Both the position numbers and the translations under genes were made by a program. From the human T2T-CHM13v2.0 reference genome, Homo sapiens, in the NCBI RefSeq assembly GCF_009914755.1, contig NC_060930.1: 64,000 nucleotides of DNA. One strand, 5' to 3'. Every line of letters begins with the position of its first letter. Positions within the stretch are counted from its first letter, which is position 1. Shown piece by piece: positions 38,501 to 53,500 of the stretch. The notes beneath the pieces were generated by a model that had not been told where the DNA came from, did no database searches, and saw only the letters and a list, made by a program, of their open reading frames with translations.

Positions 38501-41500
38501 AAGGAAATATCTTCCCATAAAACCTAGACGGAAGCAATCTCAGAAACTACTGTGTGATGGCTGCATTCCACACACACGGTGGAACATTTCTCTTGATAGA
38601 GCAGTTTTGAAACACTCTTTCTGTAGAATCTGCAAGTGGATAATTGGACCGCCTTGAGGCCTTCGTTGGAAACGGGATTTCTTCATGTTACTCTAGATAG
38701 AAGAATTCTCAAACACTGCTATGTGATGTTTGCATTCAAGTCACAGAGTGCAACATTCCTCTTGGTAGAGCAGTTGGGAAACACTCCTTTTGTAGAATCT
38801 GCAATGGGATATTTGGACTTCTTTGAGGCCTTCGTTGGAAACGGGATTTCTTCGTATGAATCTAGACAGAAGAATTCTCAGAAACTTCCTTGTGATGTGT
38901 GCATTCAACTCAGCGAGTGGCACCTTCCTTTGGATACAGCAGTTTTGAAACACTGTTTTTGTAGTATTTCCAAGCGGATATTTAGAGCGCCTTGAAGCCT
39001 ATGCTAGAAATGGAAATATCTCCCCATAAAACCAAGACAGAAGCAATCTCAGAAACTAATGTGTGATGGCTGCATTCCACACACACGGTGGACCATTTCT
39101 CTTGATAGAGCAGTTTTGAAACACTCTTTCTGTAGAATCTGCAAGTGGATAATTGGACCTCCTAGAGGCCTTCGTTGGAAACGGGATTTCTTCATCTAAA
39201 CCTACAGAGAAGAATTCTCAGTAACTTCTTCGGATGTGTGCATTCGACGCACAGAATGGAACATTCCCTTTGATAGAGCAGTTTTGAGACACCGTTTTTG
39301 TAGAATTCCCAAGTGGATATTTAGAGCACTTTGAAGTCTCTGCTAGAAAAGGAAACATCTTCATGTAAAAAGTAGATAGAATCGTTCTCAGAAAGTGCTT
39401 AGTGACGTGTGCGTTCAACTCACAGAGTTTAACGTTTCTTTTGATAGAGCGTTTCTGAAACACCCTTCTTGTAGTAGCTGCAAGTGGATATTTGGACCTA
39501 TTGGAGGCCTTCTTTGGAAATGGGATTTCTTCATGTAACTCTAGATTGAAGAGTTCTCAGAAACTCCTTTGTGATGTGTGCATTCAATTCAAAGAGTGAA
39601 ACCTCCCTTTTCACAGAGCAGTTTTGAAACACTGTTTTTGTAGGATTTCCAAGGGGATATTTATAGCGCATTGAGCCTACGGCGGAAAAAGAAACATCTT
39701 CCTATAAAAACTAGACAGAATACTTCTCAGAATCTGCTTTGCGATGTGTGCGTTCAACTCACAGAGTAAAACTTTTCTTTTGATAGAGCAGTTTTGAAAC
39801 ACTCTTTTTGTAGTATTTGCATGTGTATATTTAGAGCGCATTGAAGCCCACAGTAGAAAAGGAAATAACTTCACCTAAAACCTAGACAGAAGCAATCTCA
39901 GAAACTACTTTGTGATGTGTACATTCAACTCACAGAGTGGAACTTTCCTCTTTATAGAGCAGTGTTGAAACACTCTTTTTGTAGAAACTGCAAGTGGATA
40001 TTTGGACCTCTTTGAGGCCTTCGTTGGAAACGGGATTTCTTCCTATAACCCTAGACAGAAGAATTTTCAGAAACCTCATTGTGATGTGTGCGTTCATCTC
40101 ACAGAGTGGAGTCTTCCGTTTGATAGAGAAGTTTTGAAACCCTGTTCTTGTAGGATTTCCAAGTGGATATTTAGACCACTTTGAAGCCTATGATAGAAAA
40201 GGAAACATCTTCATGGAAAACATAGATAGAATCATCCTCAGAAACAACTTTGTGATGTGTGCGTTGAACTCACCGTCTTTAACCTTTCTTTTGGTAGAGA
40301 AGTTTTGAAACACTCTCTTTGTAAAGTCTACAAGTGGATATTTTGAGCCCTTGGAGGCATTCTTTGGAAAAGGGAATGTCTTCACATAAAAGGCAGACGG
40401 AAGTGTTCTCAGAAACTGCTTTGTGATGTCTGTGTTCAACTCACAGAGTTTAACATTTCCTTTGATAGAGCGGTTTAGTAACCCTCTCTTTGTAGAATTT
40501 GGAAGTGTATACTAAGAGCGCTTTGAGGCCTATGGTAGAAAAGGAAATATCTTTCCATAAAAGCTAGACAGAAGCAATCTCAGAAACTCCTTTGCGATGT
40601 CTGCATTCAACTCACCGAGTGGAACATTCCTCTTGAGAGAGCAGTTTGGAAACACTCTTTCTGTAGAATCAGCTTGTTTGTATTTGGACCTCCTTGAGGC
40701 CTTCGTTGGAAACGGGTTTTCATCTTATAAACCCAGACAGAAGAATTCTCAGAGTCTTCTTTGTGATGTGTGCTTTCAACTCACCGAGATAAAGATTTCT
40801 CTTGATAGAGCAATTTGGAAACACTCTTTTTGTAGAATTTGCAAGGGTACATTGAGAGCGCTTTCAGGCCTATGGTAGAAAAGGGAATATCTTTCCATAA
40901 AAGGTAGACAGAAGCAATCTCAGAAACTACTTTGTGATGTGTGCATTCAACTCACCGAGTGCAACGTTCCTCTTGACCGAGCAGTTTGGAAACATTGTTT
41001 CTGTAGAATCTGCAAGTGGATATTTGGACCTCTTTGAGGCCTTCGTTGGAAACGGGATTTCTTCCTATAAACCCAGACAGAAGAATTCTCAGAGACTTCT
41101 TTGTGATGTGTGAATTCAACTCACAGTGTGGATCCTTCCTTTTGATAGAGCAGTTTTGAAACCCTGTTTTTGTAGTATTTCCAAGCGGATATTCGGAACG
41201 CCTTGAAGCGTATGGTAGAAAAGGAAATATCTTCCCATAAAACCTAGACAGAACCAATCTCAGAAACGACTTTGTGATGTCTGCATTCAAGTCACAGAGT
41301 TGAACATTTCTCTTGATAGAGCAGTTTTGAAACCCTCTTTCTGAAGGATCTGCAAGTGGATATTTGGAACTCCTTTGGGTCTTCGTTGGAAATGGGATTT
41401 CTTCGTATAAATCTAGACAGAAGAATTCTCCGAAACTTCTTTGGTTGTGTGCATTCAAGTCACAGAGTGGAACCTTCCTTTGGATAGAGCAGTTTGAAAC

Positions 41501-44500
41501 GCCGTGGTTGTAGTATTTCCAAGCGGATATTAGAGCGCCTTGAGGCCTATGGTAGAAAAGGAAATATCTTCCCATAAAACCTAGACGGAAGCAATCTCAG
41601 AAACTACTGTGTGATGGCTGCATTCCACACACACGGTGGAACATTTCTCTTGATAGAGCAGTTTTGAAACACTCTTTCTGTAGAATCTGCAAGTGGATAA
41701 TTGGACCGCCTTGAGGCCTTCGTTGGAAACGGGATTTCTTCATGTTACTCTAGATAGAAGAATTCTCAAACACTGCTATGTGATGTTTGCATTCAAGTCA
41801 CAGAGTGCAACATTCCTCTTGGTAGAGCAGTTGGGAAACACTCCTTTTGTAGAATCTGCAATGGGATATTTGGACTTCTTTGAGGCCTTCGTTGGAAACG
41901 GGATTTCTTCGTATGAATCTAGACAGAAGAATTCTCAGAAACTTCCTTGTGATGTGTGCATTCAACTCAGCGAGTGGCACCTTCCTTTGGATACAGCAGT
42001 TTTGAAACACTGTTTTTGTAGTATTTCCAAGCGGATATTTAGAGCGCCTTGAAGCCTATGCTAGAAATGGAAATATCTCCCCATAAAACCAAGACAGAAG
42101 CAATCTCAGAAACTAATGTGTGATGGCTGCATTCCACACACACGGTGGACCATTTCTCTTGATAGAGCAGTTTTGAAACACTCTTTCTGTAGAATCTGCA
42201 AGTGGATAATTGGACCTCCTAGAGGCCTTCGTTGGAAACGGGATTTCTTCATCTAAACCTACAGAGAAGAATTCTCAGTAACTTCTTCGGATGTGTGCAT
42301 TCGACGCACAGAATGGAACATTCCCTTTGATAGAGCAGTTTTGAGACACCGTTTTTGTAGAATTCCCAAGTGGATATTTAGAGCACTTTGAAGTCTCTGC
42401 TAGAAAAGGAAACATCTTCATGTAAAAAGTAGATAGAATCGTTCTCAGAAAGTGCTTAGTGACGTGTGCGTTCAACTCACAGAGTTTAACGTTTCTTTTG
42501 ATAGAGCGTTTCTGAAACACCCTTCTTGTAGTAGCTGCAAGTGGATATTTGGACCTATTGGAGGCCTTCTTTGGAAATGGGATTTCTTCATGTAACTCTA
42601 GATTGAAGAGTTCTCAGAAACTCCTTTGTGATGTGTGCATTCAATTCAAAGAGTGAAACCTCCCTTTTCACAGAGCAGTTTTGAAACACTGTTTTTGTAG
42701 GATTTCCAAGGGGATATTTATAGCGCATTGAGCCTACGGCGGAAAAAGAAACATCTTCCTATAAAAACTAGACAGAATACTTCTCAGAATCTGCTTTGCG
42801 ATGTGTGCGTTCAACTCACAGAGTAAAACTTTTCTTTTGATAGAGCAGTTTTGAAACACTCTTTTTGTAGTATTTGCATGTGTATATTTAGAGCGCATTG
42901 AAGCCCACAGTAGAAAAGGAAATAACTTCACCTAAAACCTAGACAGAAGCAATCTCAGAAACTACTTTGTGATGTGTACATTCAACTCACAGAGTGGAAC
43001 TTTCCTCTTTATAGAGCAGTGTTGAAACACTCTTTTTGTAGAAACTGCAAGTGGATATTTGGACCTCTTTGAGGCCTTCGTTGGAAACGGGATTTCTTCC
43101 TATAACCCTAGACAGAAGAATTTTCAGAAACCTCATTGTGATGTGTGCGTTCATCTCACAGAGTGGAGTCTTCCGTTTGATAGAGAAGTTTTGAAACCCT
43201 GTTCTTGTAGGATTTCCAAGTGGATATTTAGACCACTTTGAAGCCTATGATAGAAAAGGAAACATCTTCATGGAAAACATAGATAGAATCATCCTCAGAA
43301 ACAACTTTGTGATGTGTGCGTTGAACTCACCGTCTTTAACCTTTCTTTTGGTAGAGAAGTTTTGAAACACTCTCTTTGTAAAGTCTACAAGTGGATATTT
43401 TGAGCCCTTGGAGGCATTCTTTGGAAAAGGGAATGTCTTCACATAAAAGGCAGACGGAAGTGTTCTCAGAAACTGCTTTGTGATGTCTGTGTTCAACTCA
43501 CAGAGTTTAACATTTCCTTTGATAGAGCGGTTTAGTAACCCTCTCTTTGTAGAATTTGGAAGTGTATACTAAGAGCGCTTTGAGGCCTATGGTAGAAAAG
43601 GAAATATCTTTCCATAAAAGCTAGACAGAAGCAATCTCAGAAACTCCTTTGCGATGTCTGCATTCAACTCACCGAGTGGAACATTCCTCTTGAGAGAGCA
43701 GTTTGGAAACACTCTTTCTGTAGAATCAGCTTGTTTGTATTTGGACCTCCTTGAGGCCTTCGTTGGAAACGGGTTTTCATCTTATAAACCCAGACAGAAG
43801 AATTCTCAGAGTCTTCTTTGTGATGTGTGCTTTCAACTCACCGAGATAAAGATTTCTCTTGATAGAGCAATTTGGAAACACTCTTTTTGTAGAATTTGCA
43901 AGGGTACATTGAGAGCGCTTTCAGGCCTATGGTAGAAAAGGGAATATCTTTCCATAAAAGGTAGACAGAAGCAATCTCAGAAACTACTTTGTGATGTGTG
44001 CATTCAACTCACCGAGTGCAACGTTCCTCTTGACCGAGCAGTTTGGAAACATTGTTTCTGTAGAATCTGCAAGTGGATATTTGGACCTCTTTGAGGCCTT
44101 CGTTGGAAACGGGATTTCTTCCTATAAACCCAGACAGAAGAATTCTCAGAGACTTCTTTGTGATGTGTGAATTCAACTCACAGTGTGGATCCTTCCTTTT
44201 GATAGAGCAGTTTTGAAACCCTGTTTTTGTAGTATTTCCAAGCGGATATTCGGAACGCCTTGAAGCGTATGGTAGAAAAGGAAATATCTTCCCATAAAAC
44301 CTAGACAGAACCAATCTCAGAAACGACTTTGTGATGTCTGCATTCAAGTCACAGAGTTGAACATTTCTCTTGATAGAGCAGTTTTGAAACCCTCTTTCTG
44401 AAGGATCTGCAAGTGGATATTTGGAACTCCTTTGGGTCTTCGTTGGAAACGGGATTTCTTCGTATAAATCTAGACAGAAGAATTCTCCGAAACTTCTTTG

Positions 44501-47500
44501 GTGGTGTGCATTCAAGTCACAGAGTGGAACCTTCCTTTGGATAGAGCAGTTTGAAACGCCGTGGTTGTAGTATTTCCAAGCGGATATTAGAGCGCCTTGA
44601 GGCCTATGGTAGAAAAGGAAATATCTTCCCATAAAACCTAGACGGAAGCAATCTCAGAAACTACTGTGTGATGGCTGCATTCCACACACACGGTGGAACA
44701 TTTCTCTTGATAGAGCAGTTTTGAAACACTCTTTCTGTAGAATCTGCAAGTGGATAATTGGACCGCCTTGAGGCCTTCGTTGGAAACGGGATTTCTTCAT
44801 GTTACTCTAGATAGAAGAATTCTCAAACACTGCTATGTGATGTTTGCATTCAAGTCACAGAGTGCAACATTCCTCTTGGTAGAGCAGTTGGGAAACACTC
44901 CTTTTGTAGAATCTGCAATGGGATATTTGGACTTCTTTGAGGCCTTCGTTGGAAACGGGATTTCTTCGTATGAATCTAGACAGAAGAATTCTCAGAAACT
45001 TCCTTGTGATGTGTGCATTCAACTCAGCGAGTGGCACCTTCCTTTGGATACAGCAGTTTTGAAACACTGTTTTTGTAGTATTTCCAAGCGGATATTTAGA
45101 GCGCCTTGAAGCCTATGCTAGAAATGGAAATATCTCCCCATAAAACCAAGACAGAAGCAATCTCAGAAACTAATGTGTGATGGCTGCATTCCACACACAC
45201 GGTGGACCATTTCTCTTGATAGAGCAGTTTTGAAACACTCTTTCTGTAGAATCTGCAAGTGGATAATTGGACCTCCTAGAGGCCTTCGTTGGAAACGGGA
45301 TTTCTTCATCTAAACCTACAGAGAAGAATTCTCAGTAACTTCTTCGGATGTGTGCATTCGACGCACAGAATGGAACATTCCCTTTGATAGAGCAGTTTTG
45401 AGACACCGTTTTTGTAGAATTCCCAAGTGGATATTTAGAGCACTTTGAAGTCTCTGCTAGAAAAGGAAACATCTTCATGTAAAAAGTAGATAGAATCGTT
45501 CTCAGAAAGTGCTTAGTGACGTGTGCGTTCAACTCACAGAGTTTAACGTTTCTTTTGATAGAGCGTTTCTGAAACACCCTTCTTGTAGTAGCTGCAAGTG
45601 GATATTTGGACCTATTGGAGGCCTTCTTTGGAAATGGGATTTCTTCATGTAACTCTAGATTGAAGAGTTCTCAGAAACTCCTTTGTGATGTGTGCATTCA
45701 ATTCAAAGAGTGAAACCTCCCTTTTCACAGAGCAGTTTTGAAACACTGTTTTTGTAGGATTTCCAAGGGGATATTTATAGCGCATTGAGCCTACGGCGGA
45801 AAAAGAAACATCTTCCTATAAAAACTAGACAGAATACTTCTCAGAATCTGCTTTGCGATGTGTGCGTTCAACTCACAGAGTAAAACTTTTCTTTTGATAG
45901 AGCAGTTTTGAAACACTCTTTTTGTAGTATTTGCATGTGTATATTTAGAGCGCATTGAAGCCCACAGTAGAAAAGGAAATAACTTCACCTAAAACCTAGA
46001 CAGAAGCAATCTCAGAAACTACTTTGTGATGTGTACATTCAACTCACAGAGTGGAACTTTCCTCTTTATAGAGCAGTGTTGAAACACTCTTTTTGTAGAA
46101 ACTGCAAGTGGATATTTGGACCTCTTTGAGGCCTTCGTTGGAAACGGGATTTCTTCCTATAACCCTAGACAGAAGAATTTTCAGAAACCTCATTGTGATG
46201 TGTGCGTTCATCTCACAGAGTGGAGTCTTCCGTTTGATAGAGAAGTTTTGAAACCCTGTTCTTGTAGGATTTCCAAGTGGATATTTAGACCACTTTGAAG
46301 CCTATGATAGAAAAGGAAACATCTTCATGGAAAACATAGATAGAATCATCCTCAGAAACAACTTTGTGATGTGTGCGTTGAACTCACCGTCTTTAACCTT
46401 TCTTTTGGTAGAGAAGTTTTGAAACACTCTCTTTGTAAAGTCTACAAGTGGATATTTTGAGCCCTTGGAGGCATTCTTTGGAAAAGGGAATGTCTTCACA
46501 TAAAAGGCAGACGGAAGTGTTCTCAGAAACTGCTTTGTGATGTCTGTGTTCAACTCACAGAGTTTAACATTTCCTTTGATAGAGCGGTTTAGTAACCCTC
46601 TCTTTGTAGAATTTGGAAGTGTATACTAAGAGCGCTTTGAGGCCTATGGTAGAAAAGGAAATATCTTTCCATAAAAGCTAGACAGAAGCAATCTCAGAAA
46701 CTCCTTTGCGATGTCTGCATTCAACTCACCGAGTGGAACATTCCTCTTGAGAGAGCAGTTTGGAAACACTCTTTCTGTAGAATCAGCTTGTTTGTATTTG
46801 GACCTCCTTGAGGCCTTCGTTGGAAACGGGTTTTCATCTTATAAACCCAGACAGAAGAATTCTCAGAGTCTTCTTTGTGATGTGTGCTTTCAACTCACCG
46901 AGATAAAGATTTCTCTTGATAGAGCAATTTGGAAACACTCTTTTTGTAGAATTTGCAAGGGTACATTGAGAGCGCTTTCAGGCCTATGGTAGAAAAGGGA
47001 ATATCTTTCCATAAAAGGTAGACAGAAGCAATCTCAGAAACTACTTTGTGATGTGTGCATTCAACTCACCGAGTGCAACGTTCCTCTTGACCGAGCAGTT
47101 TGGAAACATTGTTTCTGTAGAATCTGCAAGTGGATATTTGGACCTCTTTGAGGCCTTCGTTGGAAACGGGATTTCTTCCTATAAACCCAGACAGAAGAAT
47201 TCTCAGAGACTTCTTTGTGATGTGTGAATTCAACTCACAGTGTGGATCCTTCCTTTTGATAGAGCAGTTTTGAAACCCTGTTTTTGTAGTATTTCCAAGC
47301 GGATATTCGGAACGCCTTGAAGCGTATGGTAGAAAAGGAAATATCTTCCCATAAAACCTAGACAGAACCAATCTCAGAAACGACTTTGTGATGTCTGCAT
47401 TCAAGTCACAGAGTTGAACATTTCTCTTGATAGAGCAGTTTTGAAACCCTCTTTCTGAAGGATCTGCAAGTGGATATTTGGAACTCCTTTGGGTCTTCGT

Positions 47501-50500
47501 TGGAAACGGGATTTCTTCGTATAAATCTAGACAGAAGAATTCTCCGAAACTTCTTTGGTTGTGTGCATTCAAGTCACAGAGTGGAACCTTCCTTTGGATA
47601 GAGCAGTTTGAAACGCCGTGGTTGTAGTATTTCCAAGCGGATATTAGAGCGCCTTGAGGCCTATGGTAGAAAAGGAAATATCTTCCCATAAAACCTAGAC
47701 GGAAGCAATCTCAGAAACTACTGTGTGATGGCTGCATTCCACACACACGGTGGAACATTTCTCTTGATAGAGCAGTTTTGAAACACTCTTTCTGTAGAAT
47801 CTGCAAGTGGATAATTGGACCGCCTTGAGGCCTTCGTTGGAAACGGGATTTCTTCATGTTACTCTAGATAGAAGAATTCTCAAACACTGCTATGTGATGT
47901 TTGCATTCAAGTCACAGAGTGCAACATTCCTCTTGGTAGAGCAGTTGGGAAACACTCCTTTTGTAGAATCTGCAATGGGATATTTGGACTTCTTTGAGGC
48001 CTTCGTTGGAAACGGGATTTCTTCGTATGAATCTAGACAGAAGAATTCTCAGAAACTTCCTTGTGATGTGTGCATTCAACTCAGCGAGTGGCACCTTCCT
48101 TTGGATACAGCAGTTTTGAAACACTGTTTTTGTAGTATTTCCAAGCGGATATTTAGAGCGCCTTGAAGCCTATGCTAGAAATGGAAATATCTCCCCATAA
48201 AACCAAGACAGAAGCAATCTCAGAAACTAATGTGTGATGGCTGCATTCCACACACACGGTGGACCATTTCTCTTGATAGAGCAGTTTTGAAACACTCTTT
48301 CTGTAGAATCTGCAAGTGGATAATTGGACCTCCTAGAGGCCTTCGTTGGAAACGGGATTTCTTCATCTAAACCTACAGAGAAGAATTCTCAGTAACTTCT
48401 TCGGATGTGTGCATTCGACGCACAGAATGGAACATTCCCTTTGATAGAGCAGTTTTGAGACACCGTTTTTGTAGAATTCCCAAGTGGATATTTAGAGCAC
48501 TTTGAAGTCTCTGCTAGAAAAGGAAACATCTTCATGTAAAAAGTAGATAGAATCGTTCTCAGAAAGTGCTTAGTGACGTGTGCGTTCAACTCACAGAGTT
48601 TAACGTTTCTTTTGATAGAGCGTTTCTGAAACACCCTTCTTGTAGTAGCTGCAAGTGGATATTTGGACCTATTGGAGGCCTTCTTTGGAAATGGGATTTC
48701 TTCATGTAACTCTAGATTGAAGAGTTCTCAGAAACTCCTTTGTGATGTGTGCATTCAATTCAAAGAGTGAAACCTCCCTTTTCACAGAGCAGTTTTGAAA
48801 CACTGTTTTTGTAGGATTTCCAAGGGGATATTTATAGCGCATTGAGCCTACGGCGGAAAAAGAAACATCTTCCTATAAAAACTAGACAGAATACTTCTCA
48901 GAATCTGCTTTGCGATGTGTGCGTTCAACTCACAGAGTAAAACTTTTCTTTTGATAGAGCAGTTTTGAAACACTCTTTTTGTAGTATTTGCATGTGTATA
49001 TTTAGAGCGCATTGAAGCCCACAGTAGAAAAGGAAATAACTTCACCTAAAACCTAGACAGAAGCAATCTCAGAAACTACTTTGTGATGTGTACATTCAAC
49101 TCACAGAGTGGAACTTTCCTCTTTATAGAGCAGTGTTGAAACACTCTTTTTGTAGAAACTGCAAGTGGATATTTGGACCTCTTTGAGGCCTTCGTTGGAA
49201 ACGGGATTTCTTCCTATAACCCTAGACAGAAGAATTTTCAGAAACCTCATTGTGATGTGTGCGTTCATCTCACAGAGTGGAGTCTTCCGTTTGATAGAGA
49301 AGTTTTGAAACCCTGTTCTTGTAGGATTTCCAAGTGGATATTTAGACCACTTTGAAGCCTATGATAGAAAAGGAAACATCTTCATGGAAAACATAGATAG
49401 AATCATCCTCAGAAACAACTTTGTGATGTGTGCGTTGAACTCACCGTCTTTAACCTTTCTTTTGGTAGAGAAGTTTTGAAACACTCTCTTTGTAAAGTCT
49501 ACAAGTGGATATTTTGAGCCCTTGGAGGCATTCTTTGGAAAAGGGAATGTCTTCACATAAAAGGCAGACGGAAGTGTTCTCAGAAACTGCTTTGTGATGT
49601 CTGTGTTCAACTCACAGAGTTTAACATTTCCTTTGATAGAGCGGTTTAGTAACCCTCTCTTTGTAGAATTTGGAAGTGTATACTAAGAGCGCTTTGAGGC
49701 CTATGGTAGAAAAGGAAATATCTTTCCATAAAAGCTAGACAGAAGCAATCTCAGAAACTCCTTTGCGATGTCTGCATTCAACTCACCGAGTGGAACATTC
49801 CTCTTGAGAGAGCAGTTTGGAAACACTCTTTCTGTAGAATCAGCTTGTTTGTATTTGGACCTCCTTGAGGCCTTCGTTGGAAACGGGTTTTCATCTTATA
49901 AACCCAGACAGAAGAATTCTCAGAGTCTTCTTTGTGATGTGTGCTTTCAACTCACCGAGATAAAGATTTCTCTTGATAGAGCAATTTGGAAACACTCTTT
50001 TTGTAGAATTTGCAAGGGTACATTGAGAGCGCTTTCAGGCCTATGGTAGAAAAGGGAATATCTTTCCATAAAAGGTAGACAGAAGCAATCTCAGAAACTA
50101 CTTTGTGATGTGTGCATTCAACTCACCGAGTGCAACGTTCCTCTTGACCGAGCAGTTTGGAAACATTGTTTCTGTAGAATCTGCAAGTGGATATTTGGAC
50201 CTCTTTGAGGCCTTCGTTGGAAACGGGATTTCTTCCTATAAACCCAGACAGAAGAATTCTCAGAGACTTCTTTGTGATGTGTGAATTCAACTCACAGTGT
50301 GGATCCTTCCTTTTGATAGAGCAGTTTTGAAACCCTGTTTTTGTAGTATTTCCAAGCGGATATTTGGAACGCCTTGAAGCGTATGGTAGAAAAGGAAATA
50401 TCTTCCCATAAAACCTAGACAGAACCAATCTCAGAAACGACTTTGTGATGTCTGCATTCAAGTCACAGAGTTGAACATTTCTCTTGATAGAGCAGTTTTG

Positions 50501-53500
50501 AAACCCTCTTTCTGAAGGATCTGCAAGTGGATATTTGGAACTCCTTTGGGTCTTCGTTGGAAACGGGATTTCTTCGTATAAATCTAGACAGAAGAATTCT
50601 CCGAAACTTCTTTGGTTGTGTGCATTCAAGTCACAGAGTGGAACCTTCCTTTGGATAGAGCAGTTTGAAACGCCGTGGTTGTAGTATTTCCAAGCGGATA
50701 TTAGAGCGCCTTGAGGCCTATGGTAGAAAAGGAAATATCTTCCCATAAAACCTAGACGGAAGCAATCTCAGAAACTACTGTGTGATGGCTGCATTCCACA
50801 CACACGGTGGAACATTTCTCTTGATAGAGCAGTTTTGAAACACTCTTTCTGTAGAATCTGCAAGTGGATAATTGGACCGCCTTGAGGCCTTCGTTGGAAA
50901 CGGGATTTCTTCATGTTACTCTAGATAGAAGAATTCTCAAACACTGCTATGTGATGTTTGCATTCAAGTCACAGAGTGCAACATTCCTCTTGGTAGAGCA
51001 GTTGGGAAACACTCCTTTTGTAGAATCTGCAATGGGATATTTGGACTTCTTTGAGGCCTTCGTTGGAAACGGGATTTCTTCGTATGAATCTAGACAGAAG
51101 AATTCTCAGAAACTTCCTTGTGATGTGTGCATTCAACTCAGCGAGTGGCACCTTCCTTTGGATACAGCAGTTTTGAAACACTGTTTTTGTAGTATTTCCA
51201 AGCGGATATTTAGAGCGCCTTGAAGCCTATGCTAGAAATGGAAATATCTCCCCATAAAACCAAGACAGAAGCAATCTCAGAAACTAATGTGTGATGGCTG
51301 CATTCCACACACACGGTGGACCATTTCTCTTGATAGAGCAGTTTTGAAACACTCTTTCTGTAGAATCTGCAAGTGGATAATTGGACCTCCTAGAGGCCTT
51401 CGTTGGAAACGGGATTTCTTCATCTAAACCTACAGAGAAGAATTCTCAGTAACTTCTTCGGATGTGTGCATTCGACGCACAGAATGGAACATTCCCTTTG
51501 ATAGAGCAGTTTTGAGACACCGTTTTTGTAGAATTCCCAAGTGGATATTTAGAGCACTTTGAAGTCTCTGCTAGAAAAGGAAACATCTTCATGTAAAAAG
51601 TAGATAGAATCGTTCTCAGAAAGTGCTTAGTGACGTGTGCGTTCAACTCACAGAGTTTAACGTTTCTTTTGATAGAGCGTTTCTGAAACACCCTTCTTGT
51701 AGTAGCTGCAAGTGGATATTTGGACCTATTGGAGGCCTTCTTTGGAAATGGGATTTCTTCATGTAACTCTAGATTGAAGAGTTCTCAGAAACTCCTTTGT
51801 GATGTGTGCATTCAATTCAAAGAGTGAAACCTCCCTTTTCACAGAGCAGTTTTGAAACACTGTTTTTGTAGGATTTCCAAGGGGATATTTATAGCGCATT
51901 GAGCCTACGGCGGAAAAAGAAACATCTTCCTATAAAAACTAGACAGAATACTTCTCAGAATCTGCTTTGCGATGTGTGCGTTCAACTCACAGAGTAAAAC
52001 TTTTCTTTTGATAGAGCAGTTTTGAAACACTCTTTTTGTAGTATTTGCATGTGTATATTTAGAGCGCATTGAAGCCCACAGTAGAAAAGGAAATAACTTC
52101 ACCTAAAACCTAGACAGAAGCAATCTCAGAAACTACTTTGTGATGTGTACATTCAACTCACAGAGTGGAACTTTCCTCTTTATAGAGCAGTGTTGAAACA
52201 CTCTTTTTGTAGAAACTGCAAGTGGATATTTGGACCTCTTTGAGGCCTTCGTTGGAAACGGGATTTCTTCCTATAACCCTAGACAGAAGAATTTTCAGAA
52301 ACCTCATTGTGATGTGTGCGTTCATCTCACAGAGTGGAGTCTTCCGTTTGATAGAGAAGTTTTGAAACCCTGTTCTTGTAGGATTTCCAAGTGGATATTT
52401 AGACCACTTTGAAGCCTATGATAGAAAAGGAAACATCTTCATGGAAAACATAGATAGAATCATCCTCAGAAACAACTTTGTGATGTGTGCGTTGAACTCA
52501 CCGTCTTTAACCTTTCTTTTGGTAGAGAAGTTTTGAAACACTCTCTTTGTAAAGTCTACAAGTGGATATTTTGAGCCCTTGGAGGCATTCTTTGGAAAAG
52601 GGAATGTCTTCACATAAAAGGCAGACGGAAGTGTTCTCAGAAACTGCTTTGTGATGTCTGTGTTCAACTCACAGAGTTTAACATTTCCTTTGATAGAGCG
52701 GTTTAGTAACCCTCTCTTTGTAGAATTTGGAAGTGTATACTAAGAGCGCTTTGAGGCCTATGGTAGAAAAGGAAATATCTTTCCATAAAAGCTAGACAGA
52801 AGCAATCTCAGAAACTCCTTTGCGATGTCTGCATTCAACTCACCGAGTGGAACATTCCTCTTGAGAGAGCAGTTTGGAAACACTCTTTCTGTAGAATCAG
52901 CTTGTTTGTATTTGGACCTCCTTGAGGCCTTCGTTGGAAACGGGTTTTCATCTTATAAACCCAGACAGAAGAATTCTCAGAGTCTTCTTTGTGATGTGTG
53001 CTTTCAACTCACCGAGATAAAGATTTCTCTTGATAGAGCAATTTGGAAACACTCTTTTTGTAGAATTTGCAAGGGTACATTGAGAGCGCTTTCAGGCCTA
53101 TGGTAGAAAAGGGAATATCTTTCCATAAAAGGTAGACAGAAGCAATCTCAGAAACTACTTTGTGATGTGTGCATTCAACTCACCGAGTGCAACGTTCCTC
53201 TTGACCGAGCAGTTTGGAAACATTGTTTCTGTAGAATCTGCAAGTGGATATTTGGACCTCTTTGAGGCCTTCGTTGGAAACGGGATTTCTTCCTATAAAC
53301 CCAGACAGAAGAATTCTCAGAGACTTCTTTGTGATGTGTGAATTCAACTCACAGTGTGGATCCTTCCTTTTGATAGAGCAGTTTTGAAACCCTGTTTTTG
53401 TAGTATTTCCAAGCGGATATTCGGAACGCCTTGAAGCGTATGGTAGAAAAGGAAATATCTTCCCATAAAACCTAGACAGAACCAATCTCAGAAACGACTT

